DNA of 64,000 nucleotides from Moniliella sp. 'wahieum'. Taxonomy: Eukaryota. The stretch covers positions 496,001 to 560,000 of the forward strand of contig RSEE01000025.1 of assembly GCA_003971905.1 (NCBI GenBank). The letters run 5' to 3'. The position numbers were made by a program, and so were the translations under genes. The notes below the pieces were generated by a model. That model was not told where the DNA came from. It saw nothing but the letters and a program-made list of their open reading frames with translations, and searched no databases. The number at the start of each line of letters is the position of its first letter. Position 1 is the stretch's first letter. Shown here piece by piece: positions 1 through 13,876 of the stretch.

Positions 1-17
1 GTGGAGACACTCTAAAC

Positions 18-131
18 ATGTAGAGGAATGCAGTCGAGGTGGGGCGGTGGTGAAGGTCTAAGCCTTTTGCCACACCAAGAGGAGACAGGGGTTCGAACGC
101 CGGAGTAGTATCCACGTGGTGGCTTCGGAGG
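18..131 (-). repeat. Short dispersed repeat, copy A; homologous to both flanks of the retroelement at 14.75-16.73 kb
   Basis: 60-97 matches the reverse complement of 16642-16679 at 36/38 nt (26 nt exact). 116-131 matches the reverse complement of 14754-14769 at 16/16. Weaker similarity extends to about position 18. Confidence 0.75.
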
Positions 132-444
132 ACAAATCAGGGTCGAAGGTGGGTGTAAAGGGTGATAAGGCGCCTGGCCCTATGCACGGGAACGCGTCCC
201 AACAGTATAAAGGAGGACATTCAACCTCATCAAGAGGAAACTGGCTTGTATTTAGACCTGCCTTGGTAAGCTTCTCGTGTCAAGTCAACTCTCACTTGAG
301 GCCTGATGGTTCTAACCATGAGGCATTGAGGCTTGAGAGTTTGAGATCTGAGAAGCTTTAGGGTGATCAACACGTTGAGGCGAGGCAAAATATACATTGA
401 GTACAGAAAGCAATCATCAACCCCACAAATACCTCCCACCTGGG

Positions 445-490
445 CTCAACATGAGCGGCAGCGACATCTCAACATGAGCGGCAGCGACAT
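445..490. repeat. Perfect 23-bp tandem duplication (CTCAACATGAGCGGCAGCGACAT x2)
   Basis: Seen directly at 445-467 and 468-490, downstream of the chitin synthase stop. Confidence 0.9.
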
Positions 491-918
491 ATCCTGAAGC
501 GTTTCCAGGGCAGAAAAGGGCGAGGGTACCGACCCTAGGCAGAGTAGGGTGGCAGTGACAGTAAGGGAGGTATAGCAGGCTGTGCAGAAAAGAGCGTCGT
601 CCAAGAGCACTGGCATAAGAACGAATGCGCAAGGGATCGGGGGGGGGGGGGTTACGGAGTGACCAAGGAAGGTGTGCAGCTGGGAACGAGCGCGGGAGTG
701 GGTGAGGTGTAAAAAGGAGGGAGGGGGGCAAGACGAGACGAGACGAACTGAAAGGGAACGCCTACTGAACTCGAAGGGCGTGATTGGTGGTTCATGACCG
801 TGCGGGAATAAGACAGCGGGGGAGAGCCAAAAGAATGTGGGTAGACCGACGCCTGCGTCGGCAAAACCAAGCACCCGCTTTGGTTCAACTCTACCCGCCA
901 TAGGAACCACGATGTCAA

Positions 919-3848
919 TCATGATTTGCGACACGGCATCCGTACCAAGCGTGTCAACCAAAAGACGAAGAATCCACAGAATTTGAAGAAGGCCAGGCCA
1001 AATGTGGTCCACAACAGCACCTAGCGAAAATCACGTCAGTAAGCAAGATGGGAGGAAGGGGAGGTTGATGGGACGAACTTTAAAGTAGTACCCTTGGATC
1101 CTTTGTTCGTCTTGTTTCATCGCCTTTTCAGTGACGTTGTAGTGCAAACCGGCCAAGTTCTGAATGGCGACCGTCAAAGCGCCATTGCACAGGATCCAAA
1201 ATACGACCAAGCGTGTGCGGAAGGTGCGGTTGCTATCGTCCATACTAGGTTTCCTTCTTCTCTTCCACCACAACGGGGGCAACTGCGCGTTGACCACTTC
1301 ACGAAAGTGTGCGTCAATGTCTTCTTGCTCTTGTTCCACTTCCTCGATGGTGCCGTCCGGGGCTTTGGCCTTCTTGGTGTCTACGGAAGGCAGCACGTCG
1401 GCTTTGTCCGATCCCTTGGTGCCCCAACTCACGTCGTGCAGGTTGCAAAAGGCGTAGACGTTGAGAATGTTGGTCATGCTGGGTGCAATAGCGAGGTATT
1501 GAGGAAACGAGGTGATCATGTGCCACGGGTCGAGGTACATGATCGAAGCAAGGAGGTACACCCCAAAGGTGGCGATTAAGCTCGCAATCAGTACCGTCGT
1601 TGATTGTGCATTGGACATGATGACCGACCAAAACGTATCGGACCCTCGATTTGATGGGCCAAGTCGGTAAGCATGTCGACCGTAAGCCAGAGCGAGACGG
1701 TAAGCAAGTACATGCCCATCACAGCAAAGACGAAAAAGGAGAGAATGTAGAGTGGTTTCTCAGCCTTTGGTCGATTTCCCAGTGCCAGAACAAACTGAAG
1801 GATCAAGAAAAAGATGTAGACCCACTCGCAACCTAGGTTGACCCAATGCAGAATCATTTGCACCGTGTCGTTCGAGTTCTCGAGAATGTTGTCGGGAAGG
1901 AACTGGATGATAATCGAGAAGGTAAGCCAAAAGTTGGCCAGAGCAAACCAAGTGACAAAGAGCACAATGAAGTTGTAGAGGGCTTGGATGTGGAAGAAAA
2001 GATCCGGATAATGTTGTGCCCCGAACGGTAGATTTTCCAAAAATGAACCAACGAGTAAATCGAGGCGGCAAAAGAGCCATTGAGCCAACGCCGGCGCTGA
2101 CTGATGAGCTCTGCCGCCCCTCGGGAACGTCCGTCTCGCCCTTGGCATTTTTCACGTACCCCAAGGTCCAGCGGTCGCCCATCTTGAAAACCAATTCAAA
2201 GCACAAGATACGGTCTTCAGCCAGAAACATGTTCTTGGTAAAAATGCCCATGCCGTGTAATCCCTTCTTGCCCAACCGATCGGCCAAAGTGTGGTCCCCA
2301 TGAAAGTATTGTTCCAGGGGCCGGCCTTGGATGGCACGGTACGGTACGCACTAAACGCACCAGGCAAAACCGAGACATACCAAACGCACTCTCCAGGGTT
2401 TGTCCAGAATGTTGCTCATTTTGTACTCAAAGTTCTGGGCCGCCACCAGCGGGTTGAACAGTTTGACTCCGCCTTTGATCATCGCGTGAATTTCGCCGCA
2501 GCAGCCACCAGATGACTATTGTTGTACATGGCCTCCCACAGGTAGTACAGACTCCTGGGGCTCGGCTTGGTTCCCGCGTCGAGGAGAATGCACGTCTCAG
2601 GTTCAAGATGACGTCCAAGCGCATTGAACAACCAGCGGTGCGAGTTGATTTTCTTGGAGTTTTTCTCTTGAGGCAAAAGATCATTTGGACGGGCACAAGG
2701 TTGCTATCGTCGTTCCCGTGGGGCTGAACGAGGGAGGTTTGGAATCAACAGAGAGTTGGGTAGTGTACTCGAAGATGTGAGCGACAGTCTCTTTCCCATC
2801 GACTTGTCGTTTCATAACTCCGTCCTGGTACACCCCCACTGTAGCCAGCAAATCCAACACCTCCTTGTCACACGGGTCGATGCCGTCAAAAATGAGCGAG
2901 ACGACGATGCGTTGCCAGCCGGGTCGACCCTCCTCGCCGAACGGCGCCAAAACTTGGAAGCCTTGGATTTGCAGATGTCTCGAATGTTGAGCATGACACC
3001 ATGCAGCGTGCGGGCGACAAGGATACGGTCCTCATTGTAATACGTGATGGCGATCAGCAACTCGGTGTCACGCCCATACTGATCCGAAGCCCTTAGGGTC
3101 CAGCCATTCTCCTTGGTGAAGTCATCCGGATCGCAGGTGGCGGCCGTGTAGCGCATATGAAAACTCGGTCGTTTTTTGCCCTGCGTCCATTTGGGTTCAA
3201 AGGCGTTGCGGATGGCCGTGGGCACACGATGCTCGACGATCCAATGGCCCCGCGTTAGTTTAACCTTCCGCGTCAGGCCACGTTTGGGCTTGGCCTGGCG
3301 CTGTGCCCAAGCGAGCTGCGACTGTGACTGGTCCGGAAGCATGAGCTGGGAGGAGCTGTCGGTGAGGGTGGTGCCGGGGTGCATGCGGTACGGAGACATG
3401 GGCGGGGGGACAGCGTGGCGCCAGAGTAGCTGTGGGGGAGAGTGATGTGTGTGTACACACAGGAGTTAGTATGGCCGCATATGAGAGAGGAGGGGGAGGG
3501 TACGCACCCATACTGTTGGTATGGACGTTGCGCGGGGGCGGGTAGTTGACCCATCGGCATCAGCTTCTCGGTGGGCGGCTTGTCATCCGACAGGGGGTAG
3601 TGGCCGCCGGCATCGTAATAGCCTGCGCTGCCGTACCCCTTGTTGGAGAAGTCGGAGTAGCTGTTGCTGGCCGACGAATGCTGGGCGTAGTACCCGGAGC
3701 GGGGCTCGGCAGGAACAGGCCAGGCTGCTGTGAGGCGAATAGGAGAACGCTGGGAGTGGCGGCGGCAAGCCGGCGCACCGGCCTGGACGTGCAGGTCCGA
3801 GGCGGAGTAATAGCCGTCGTTGACCGGCGCGTAGGGCGAGCGACTCAT
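919..3848 (-). CDS. Chitin synthase, division 1 (class I/II/III), intron-containing
   Basis: Motifs across frameshifted ORFs: [74 protein letters not shown] region, [14 protein letters not shown] helices. Start MSRSPYAP at 3848; last exon [14 protein letters not shown]...CRKS* ends at 919. Confidence 0.93.
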
Positions 3849-4139
3849 GGGTGGGTGGGGGTACGAGGCGGGAGAAGAACTGTGAAGAGAGAGGTGGAGG
3901 GAGGGGTGGGTGGAGGAGGAGGAGGAGGAGGAGGAGGACGAGGCAGCGCCGCGCCGACCAGCGAGAGCCGGGTGGGGCGCTGCTCCGGTTGCTGCCAGGG
4001 CAGCGTGCCTGCTGTCACGCATGGGGCACAGCGCCAGTGCCTGGCGGGATGGGGGCAGCTTGCAGCAGGAGGCACTGGCGCTGTGCGCGCCACTTGCCGC
4101 GCGCCACACAGTGTGGTGGTGCGGCATTGGTGCCCTGCA

Positions 4140-4240
4140 CGACGTGTGACATGCGACGTGCCATGGGCATGACATGTGACATGTGACATGGGACATGCGC
4201 CTGGGGGGTGGATGCCACGTGTGATGCATGATGCATGATG
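4140..4240. repeat. 7-bp-period palindromic array (TGA-CATG)n and (TGA-TGCA)n
   Basis: tgacatgtgacatgtgacatg at 4170-4190; tgatgcatgatgcatgatg at 4222-4240. Confidence 0.8.
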
Positions 4241-5176
4241 GGGTGCGGATGTGCACGGCATGGCCAGCCCCATGACGCTGACAGCTGGGTGGCGCCGCGC
4301 GGGGGCCGCAGGGGGCCCCCTTGCATGCTGCCCGTGCGCAGCCAGAATGCCCCCCCCCAGCCACGCGTGACTACTGATACTGATACTGACAAGCGAGAGC
4401 GCGCCGCCAGGTGTCTAACTCATGCACCTTGCAAAACCCCTGGGACGCCCCCGCGCTGGCCCATTCGCTTACGTACAACCAAGCACGCCAGGGCACACCT
4501 CCTCAAACCCAACCTCAGGCCTAAGGGCCTCAAGCCTCAGGTGGCAAGCAAAACCTCTCACATCGTCAAGTCGATCACAGAAGCCCTCACGCCGCGATCA
4601 GCGCCAGCGCCAGCCCCCCGAAAGAGCAGGAGGCCAGCTATGATCGCTAGAGGATTGAGTCGCTAGAGGGATTGAGTACTGGTGAGCGCGGGGCGAAAGA
4701 GGTAGTGAGAGGAGGGATGATGGGAAGGAGCCAGAGAGAAGAAGACGAAGTTATCCCACTGGAGACTGTAGGTCTTTAGAAGGAGGCCTGTCAGTGGTGT
4801 GTTGCCAGCATTCCGCCAGGTGGAGATGGAATGCTGGAGGTACGAGGTTGGAAGACGAGGAGGCATTAGTGGAGACGAGATTATCACGAGAAGGAAACAG
4901 GTCGACAGACAGGTCACTAACAGTTGGATGTTCGCTTGAATTATCAGTGGCTATGCATATTACGGAAAATGCCGGTTAATCCCTGTCCTTTATCACTTCA
5001 AGGTCGTGAGCGAGGCTTCACGCGCTTCGCGCTTCGAAAGGCTGCTGTGAATAATATGGATTGATCCACAAGGAGTTGATCCTGGTGCAGTCGACAGGGA
5101 TACGGAAGCTCATGGAGCACATGCTTTGGGAGAAGCGGGGTAGTGATCGATCAAAGAGCCAACTGGGGTAGGCAAG

Positions 5177-5289
5177 ATAGGATGGATCGGATAGGATCGG
5201 ATAGGATAGGATAGGATAGGATAGGATAGGATAGGATAGGATAGGATAGGATATAGGATAGGTAGGATAGGATAGGAGGATAGGATAGG
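5177..5289. repeat. (GATAG)n pentanucleotide microsatellite
   Basis: About 20 perfect and imperfect GGATA units just 3' of the kinase stop. Confidence 0.95.
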
Positions 5290-5335
5290 TTTGATTCAAG
5301 CAGGGATAGAAACACGCCCCGACGACGGGGCAAGG

Positions 5336-8300
5336 TCAGAGGTCGTGCACCGCTGGAGCAAAGTGGTGTAGCAAGACTTGTATGCCCACGCGCTGCCGCG
5401 CATGCGGCGAATATCGACCGAGTATAGTCCCGGCAAGTTCTTGAGCCGGTAATTTCAACACTAACCGCACCTCTTGCCCGCCATCGGCGTTGGTCTGGCC
5501 ACGGGCTGGGGGGGAGCTTCCCCGCTGAGACGGGGGCAGCAGGTGAGGTGCCCTTCTCCCCTTCAGAAGGCAAGGAGGGAAAGACAGAAGTACGGAAGGC
5601 ACGCCACGCCCCGCGTCCCCCACGCGCCGCCTGCTTCGGGCGCAGACACTCCAGCTTAAACTGCTCTTGGCCCGCCAGATGGAACTCAATGCCCATCTCT
5701 GTCAGAGCTGTCCGTACCCGCGCCAACATCTCGGTCGGCGGACGGACGTTAAGGCGGATTGGTCCACGGCGCCCTCGTGATACCGCAGCATGGCATCTGA
5801 AATGCTGCCGCTGGTCGTCTTGGTAGGAGCTGGAATCTTGGCCTGTTTGAGAGGCGCGGTCTCCTCGAGGGGAGCGGTGAGGTGCGTATCACGACTGAGA
5901 TCACTATGTGTGGCACTGGAGTGGCTTGAAGGCTTAATTGGTTGAGAAGGGCGAGCGGTCGGAGAGCCTGGGCGGATGGACGAGCCTGGGTGGGTCTCGG
6001 CGCTGAAAGAGGTTGATGCTGGGGCGAGCCGGTGCTGGCCGAGCCGGATGTTTGACGGCTACGGCCACGGAACCAGTCCATGACACGCTTGGCTGGCCCG
6101 GTTGATGCCTTGCTGCCTTTAGGTTGAGAGGGCATACGGGGGGCCTGAACCGAGGGTTGTGGGCGGGGGGCAGGGGCCTGTGGCGCTGAAGGCACTTCAG
6201 ACGTGGCCTTCTCCTTGGCCATCTGCACGGCCACCTTGCGGTCCCGCTCGGCTTGCGCGAGGGGAGTAAAGACAGAGTCTTCCTTCGGGAGGACGTAACC
6301 GACTCATTCGATTGTTTCGAATCCTGCAGACCCATTGATGGGGCCTGGCTGGCAGAAGTGGAGGAAGAGGCAGTGCGGTGCGGCATAATCCTGGCAAAAG
6401 GAATTGCGTCGGGATCCAGGCACCCGTTGTTCCTTGGGGGGCATGAGTGACATGCGCCGCTTCCAGACGGGACCTTCTCTACAGGAGTACTGACTGAGCG
6501 GGAGCGGGAACGGGTATCCTCACGTTGCATCGTCGTCGGAAGCATCACCTGCTGAGGCTGGCTGGATGTGGTATCCTTTGTTACGACCACTTTCGTGGGT
6601 GCGGCACGAGTATCCGCTTCCTTGACAACAACGGGACCGAGGGGGGAATAGAAGACGTTGCTTCACGTTGGGAGCGGCCTTTGGCAGTAGCTTGTTGAGG
6701 CTCAGAGCCTAATGGGAGTCCAGCTACCTTCTGGTGCGGAACACGCGGCTCCTCGACTGCAAGGACATGTTCGAGCTTCTGCGGAAGTTGAGATTTCGTC
6801 GAGTTGGGGAGAGGCGTGGGCGCAGGAGCTTGTTCAGCTGAAGTATCCGCTTGCGTCGTCTGTTCTGGAACTGGATCCTCCGTGGCCACGTGCGTCTCTT
6901 TGCAATAGAATGCGAATCCGACGCAGGCTGCGTTGACACACGGGAAGGGGTCATCTCCTCTGGGTCCTCCATCACAACCGCGCCAGCACCCATCAGGATG
7001 GGCCCGGCGACGCCTGGGGAGCTTCGGGTGCAATCTCTTCAGTGGCGGAAAGGGGCGTTTCCGGGTGCACTGTACTCTACTTGCAAGGTGTGGCGGTTGA
7101 CATTGGCCGCGGCAGGCAACTGAGAGGAAAGGGGCTTGTTCGGCAGGTCAGCTGGGCGGGAGGCAGGAAGCGGCATGGCTGTGTTGCGGTAGTTGTGTTG
7201 GGACGAAACCTGGGGGATGTCGGCAATGGTCTCGCTGCGAGGAGGAAGCCCATGAGAGGGGGGATCGGGCGGTAAGGCAAGCATGGGGGGTTGGCGTTGG
7301 AGCTGGTGTTGCAGCTCCATTTTTTTCGGTAGTGTTGACGCTTGCGCGCCTGCTGCTCTGCTGCTGCCCGTTCCAGATCCTCCACCCCAAAGGAGAAGAG
7401 GGGGTGGAAATCGGAAAGCCAAGGATGGGCCATGACCTCCTCCATTGTTGCGCGGTTGGCCGGGTCAGGAACGAGCATACGCCGCAGAAGGTCGCGTGGG
7501 AACTCGGGGAAATAGTCGGGAAAGGTGAGGGGAGTAGAGAGAATGTAGTGGTAGAGCTGGTTGATGTTGTCGGAATCAGGATTGGCTGGGTCATCGTCGA
7601 AGGGAAGATAGCCCGCCAGCATGGCGTACAGAATCACTCCACACGACCACACATCGACCGCCGAACCGGTGTATTGCCCGTCCTGCACCACGAGTTCGGC
7701 GCTGCATAGCAGGGCGAACCGCAGGAGGTGGACATCAAGTCGTTGGCGCGGCCCGAAAAGTTGTTGGCGAAACCAAAGTCGGTAATGATCATGTTGCGAT
7801 TCCGATCCAGGAGCAAGTTTTCCAGTTTGAGGTCGCGATGCACAATGTGTTTCTGGTGAAGGTAGTGCACGCCGCTGATGAGTTGTGCAAACAAGCGGCA
7901 AGCTTCCTTCTCCCGCAAACACTTGTGGGCAAGGATATAATCAAAGAGCTCTCCACCTTGTCACAAGTAGAAGTAGGGTCAATGAGGGGCCCATAGATAG
8001 GGGAGGCAAAACATACCGATGCATATTCAAGTACAATTCCAATGTAGCGCTCGGTAGTGGCGACCTCGTAAAGGCGGACAATGTTGGGGTGCCGAACAGC
8101 CCGTAGCATTTCGATTTCACGATCAATTTTGGACATTATGATCGACTGGTGCTCGGCGAGGGATTCGGGCTTAGGTGCGTGGTCGCGGCGAATGAGCTTG
8201 ACAGCGACCTCCTCTCCATACTTCTTATGCACCCCGCTTGACCTTGCCAAACTCCCCTTCGCCCAGGGTTTGGAGCAAGAGATAGTCGCCTAGTAGGATC

Positions 8301-8590
8301 TGCGGGCGATGCGGTGAGGCGCCGAAGTACTGCAACGCGGCTGGGCTGGTAATAGGGATGCCCTTGTTGGCCAGCTCAGCGGCCAGGCGTGGATCAATGC
8401 CCTGCGCACGGAGCGAGGCGGCAGCTGCGCTTGCCGCACTGGTATCGTCGGTGGTCAGAGAGCTGGGGGGCTGAATGGTGCTGACGCTGGCGGTGCGGGA
8501 AGAAGGCTGGGCGGAGGGAAGGAGCGGGGGCGCAGCGGGATGGGGAGAAATCGTCGGCGACGACGATGGAGCAAAGGCGACGGCAGCCAT
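5336..8590 (-). CDS. KIN4: Ser/Thr protein kinase, CAMKL Kin4/Ppk1 family, with C-terminal KA1-like domain
   Basis: [54 protein letters not shown] and the Kin4-typical [31 protein letters not shown]. Low-complexity linker, then C-terminal [12 protein letters not shown]...FKLECLR. Intron near 7959-8015; several frameshifts. Confidence 0.85.
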
Positions 8591-9741
8591 CGCAGCCGTA
8601 ACACCGGTCGGAAGGAGGGCGGGGACGGTGGTGGTGGGGGGGGTGGTGGTGGCAGTGGGAAGGCCGGCGGCCGGAGGGGATGGCAGGTGGGGGCGACGGC
8701 GGGGCGGCGGAGGAGCAGGAGGCAGGTGGGCGCGCGTTCAACTTCAACGTTCAGCGTGGTTAGCACGCAGCTGCAGCGGCGACAGCTACGCAGTGCCCCC
8801 CAAGCAGCCCAGCGCAAGTCATTAGCACTATGCCCGCTCGCTAGTCACTAGCCACGGCGCCAGTCCCCCGTGGCCCAGCAGCTTTCCTCGTCTTGTCCGC
8901 CACTGCCCCCGCGCGCGGCCGATCAGCGTCACGCATCACGCTTCGCCCCATCCGCCATCCCCTCTCTCTCCCCGCTCGTTCCGCCCAGCATCCCGTCCGC
9001 GCGGGCTGCGGGCAAGGCGAGGCTGCCGAAGCCAATGTTCTCCTCTGGCGAGCTCCTCGTTCCCCCTCTCGTGTCCTGCGTTGCATACTCTTAGACACAA
9101 CTTGCAAGCACTCGACAGCATGCACAACGGAACACACCCTTACGACGCGCAGCACCAAGTGTTACCAAGTCCACTGCTGGGTCAGCAGCAGACTCCTCAT
9201 AGGGTCGGGTTACAGCCAAGAACGGGTTCATAACAACGGCAGAGGGAAAGTACAAGGTAGAACGCAGACGGAAGAACAGGCAGAACAGAGGGCGCGGGAG
9301 GAAGGCCGGATGTCTCGGCCTGTCCCCGCCACCCGTCAGCCGTAAGCTCTGAGCAAAAGTAAAAAGCAGGAGAGCGAGGTGTGTATGAAGAGGGCGCCAT
9401 GCGGGGGTAATGAGGTGGGTCATGACAGGAAACATCTCACATCACATAAAAGTTGGACGCGCAGGTGTTGATGGGAACGTGGGTGTAAAGTAGCGGAAAA
9501 GGGATTGTGTACCACAATGACTGGTAGATGTCTCGTCGGCCCGGAAAGAGACATACTGTTGGTAAGGAGTGGCACCGCGGCAAAGAGGAGCGCGCAAGTT
9601 GCGAGAGGGCATAACAAAAAGGGAACGTCCGCAAACCAGAGGAGAAAAGATGGAGGAAGGACGCAAACATAGAAACAAGAGGAATTCGTCGCGTAGCTTC
9701 AACCAGCTTACGCTTCACCGCCTTCAACAAGAAAGACCAAA

Positions 9742-12700
9742 TCAAGCACTCACTCCCTGCGAGTCGAACATTGATGAACCAAAGTCGGGCCCGTCAAGGT
9801 CAAACAAGCCCAACATACTTTCTAGTTGCTCATCGCCACCCATGTCACCCAGACTGGCAAATGAAAAGCCTCCCGAATTGGATGCTAGGGCCAGCCCAGC
9901 CCACCACCGGACGGAACCGCCGCGGTGCACTGGCAGGCTCAGTTGCCGTTGCAGCAGGTGCGCCCATCGCATCGGCACCTACGCTCGATGAGGTAGGTAG
10001 ACCGATCATTGGATCAGCCGAAGGAGTCTCCATTGACCCAGGAGGTGGAGCGGTCGGGGCATCAGAGACCTGGACCGAGGGGCCCTCTGCGGTAGGTGGC
10101 GCTTTCGAAGAAAGAGCTGGACTTGATGTCCCTGTATGGGCCGAATTGTCTGTTTGACGCCCAGATTGCGGATTGGTTCCTGTCGACTTGGTGGAGCCCT
10201 TGCGGGCGCGGGGGGCGGGTCTGCTTTTCCCACGCGACGACGTCCGAGCGGCGAGGAATGGGTGCATGGCCGACGTGAGACCCAGGCTCACCAGGGGGCA
10301 GGGGTAACGGGGGAGGGGGCCTGAGGCTGCGACCGCAACTGCGCTTGGTGCTGCATCATGCCCTGACCTGGAGCTGATGGCGGCTGTCATCAGGGAAGCT
10401 TGAGCCTGTCCTCGCCTCAATTGCACAGCCCCTTGAACCGAGACGGGATTCCTGCGGGCTGGCCAGAAAGCCTGCGGAGAGCCTGTTGCTCTCCAGAGCC
10501 AGGGTAAACTCGGGGTTTTTGGTGGCCACACCCTGGATCGGCAGCTGCCCCTCATTGATCTGGGAAAGCATCCTCTCCAGCTCAGTTAGCCGAGCACGAT
10601 ACACGCTCACCTCGGCGTATGCTTGCTGCGACACCTGCTCGATGTAGCCCCCTGAGCGCGGGAATACCCCGCCTTGATGGCCGCATGCAGTTGCTGCACC
10701 TGTGCAAGGATCTGCATCGGGTTGCATGTGCCGCTGGTGCTACACCGCCCGGAACATCCCCCTGGTTGGGAACCTGGATTAGCTGCCCCCCTGAGCACGC
10801 GAGGCCGCGTCGGGTGCGCTTTGCGGAAAAGATCCCCGGATGGTGGGGCGCCCGCATACCCGTTTTGCATCGGAAGCCCCTTTGGAGGGCAAGTGATTCA
10901 GCATGGTGCATTTGTTGCCTTGGCTGCTGATGCTGCAGTTGTTGTTGCAGTTGCAGTTGTTGCCGTGTGCAACAGTTGCTGCTGTTGAGTGTGCAATTTG
11001 GCCATCTGAGCTTGCTGCAGCTGAGCTTTGATGTTGGTCTTGCAGTGAGCTGGTGTGAGCTGGAGCGGGGCTCGGGCTTGAGATTGGCTCTGAGCTTGCG
11101 CTGAGCTGGGCAGCTTGGGCTCGGCTTGTGCCTGGGCAGGCCCTGGGATTGTTGCTTGTGACTGAGCTTGTGCTTGAGCTTGTGCCTGGGCTTGTGCCTG
11201 TGCTTGGCTGTGCGGCTTGGGCTTGGGCTTGGGCTTGGGCCTGTGCTTGTGCTTGGGCTTGAACTAGGGCATGAGCTTGCTGGACTGCAATCAAGCCGGG
11301 AGGGACTTGGGCAAGGATGTGAGCAATGTTGTGAGGGCCCAAATGGGCGATGAGCTGGACCTTGGTCTGCAACGATGCTACCTGAACATCTGCAAGGCTG
11401 ATCGCCTTGCGCTGAGCGGCAGTGGAGATGAGGGCTGATTGTTGGCCGTGGCTCAATCTGCTGAGCCATTGGGTCAACTGAGCTAAGTCATGCGTTGGAT
11501 AAACGCCACTGCTTGCGCCATCTCGCTCGGCATGCTTGCCTGGGCTCCGGGTGGAAGCCCACCCATGGTTGTCACGCCCGCGGTGGGAACCGGCCGATTC
11601 AACCCCGCCACAACTCCGCCTGCCCCTTGAGATGCAGGCACGGCTTGTCCACTAGTGATGCCCTCCCCTCTGGCACTTGGCCCTGGCCAGGCGGACCCAT
11701 TCGTGAGGTAGCAGAGGAGGAAGCGGTATGTGCCCCTGCTTGTCCGGCAATTCTTTGGCTTGCTGGCGGTGGTGAAGAGGCGGAAGGTGCTGGAGCATAG
11801 GCCGCCCCGGCGTGGGCGTAGTTCTGTGCGTTGGGAACAGTATGGGGACTAGACTCGGCCGGTGCGCTCGCCTGGGACATGCTCAAACGGCCTATCATAC
11901 CAGCGTGCGAGTCGGGCTGCGGCTGGGACACGGCAAGCTGCGCTGGTCCCGCGGGCGCTGTGGCTGGCACTGCTTTCCCCGCAGCAGCAGAGGCGTCCTG
12001 CAAACGTACCTCCGCACCTGAGTTGGGATCGGTAGGAACAGAACTGACCCATCCCACACCATTGGTAGAGCTGGTGGTGCTGTTCGCTGGGCCGCGCACG
12101 ATCGAAGGAAAAAGGTTTGAGAGGCTTCCCAAGCACCAGAACGACTTGATATTCCGGCTTTGGACTCGGCTCGAAACCTGAGCAACGCAGCTTGGTACGT
12201 GGCAAAAGTGCGTGCCTCCACGCTTTGATGATAAGTCCGGGCTGGTAGGCTCCCCCTCCCCGAGCGGGCATTAAACAGGTCCCAAAAGAGGTACCAATAC
12301 CTAGAGACAGGTCAGCTTCGACCGTGAGTTGGTATGAGATGAGATGAAATGAGACCAAACGTACTCAAACAAGAGGCCTTGTGGCGTCTTGAGCGGCACT
12401 TTGGGTGGGTCACCCAGGCCAGCATCAGTGATCAAGGCTTGGGCTGCAGAATGATACCCACGGCGTTTGCAGTAGTCCCAAATGTATAGGTCGAGCTTGT
12501 CCGCCTCTCGCCCCCATGAACTCTTCTCCTTTACACTGTCGTTTTGCGAAGCATCGAGACGGACCGCTTAGGCTTGGTGTACTGTTCTGAATCTTGTCCC
12601 GATGCAGACACATGAGAGGAAGTACGCTTACGCGTGGCACCCACGTCGCCACCAGTAGGCTTAGGAGCGTCGACAGCGCCGCCCTCATTGCTATGCACCT

Positions 12701-13724
12701 GCCATGCTCGTATTTCCCGGACGAACAAGAGCGATCGTGCTGGCGTTGCTGATGCTGCGGCTGTGGCTTCTGCTGCGACTGCCGCTGTGCCCGCTTGGGA
12801 TACTTCCCTCCTTCCGCTCGATCTCGAGGGCGACTGGGCCCGCCATTGGTAGGGGTAAGGCTGAGGACCGCATTGGTAGACTGGGTCTTACTGAGCGGTT
12901 GCGGAGGATCGTCTTGTTGAGTGCTACTCGGCTCGTCTCTACCGGAGTTAAGGCCGGACGCGTTCGGGGGGGTTGTGGGAGGTGGCGGCGCGTCTAGGCT
13001 GGTGGGGGCTGCCTCAGAGGGAGCAGAGTCGGGGGCGTAGACGTGTGGGGAGCAGAATCGGGAGGAGCAATCTCGGTGGGGGCAGGCTCGACTGTAGTAG
13101 GGGCGGAAGCCAAAGCAGAAGCGGAAGGAGGAAACTGGGTATGTGGAGAGGTAGAGGCAGGAACAGGAGCAGACGTGTCGTAGGAACAGTGGTAGGGGAT
13201 ACGGCTGTACGTGTGGATACAGATGGGGGTGAGGATGGAGCAGGCGCAGGAGCAGGAGTAAGAGCAGGGTCAGGCGCCAATTCGTTTGAGGCTGCGAAAC
13301 TGTTGGCGAGCGCACCCCAGTGCGTGTCCAGCATGGGCGAGGCGGGAGAGTTTCGGTCTGCGTCGAGGGGGTGGGAAGGGTGGGAAGGGTTGGACAGGGG
13401 CTGTGGCTGTGGCTGTGGCTGCTGCGGCGGCGAGGCGCGATTCACAGACTCGGAGGAAAACGCGTCCATGCCGAAGGCGGCGACAGCGACGGCAGCAGTG
13501 AAGCTTGCGCTGAGCGTCGATGCGGATGAGGATGCGGATGCGGATGAGGATGGGATGTGCGCGGATGCTGATGCTGATGCGGATGCGGATACCGATGCTG
13601 GCGTTGGTGCTGGTTGTGGTACTGGTACTGGTGCTGATGCTGATGTCGATGGCGGTCGTCTTCGGGCTTCCGCCCCACGAGCTTACGCGCGGAGGTAGTG
13701 GGCCACAGCGGCCCAGTGCCCATC
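9742..13724 (-). CDS. Hypothetical low-complexity (Pro/Ser/Ala/Gln-rich, AQAQ repeats) protein; boundaries uncertain
   Basis: A chain of overlapping minus-strand ORFs with consistent P/S/A/Q composition (MDAFSSESV..., AQAQAQ, EVSVYRARLTELERML). No family recognised. Confidence 0.4.
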
Positions 13725-13842
13725 ACAGGCATGCCCCGCACTGCACCAGCGCCCCCCGCCGATGCTGCTCTAACCCTGGCGGGGCGACAGCGTCTGTGTC
13801 AATGTGTGGGGGTTAGTACTGCCCCCCTGCTCGAGCCTTCAG

Positions 13843-13876
13843 TGACTAGTGAGAGTGAGTACTGAGTACTGACGCG
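13843..13876. repeat. 7-bp-period palindromic array (TGA-CTAG, TGA-GTAC x2, TGA-CGCG)
   Basis: tgactagtga and tgagtactgagtactgacgcg. Confidence 0.75.
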
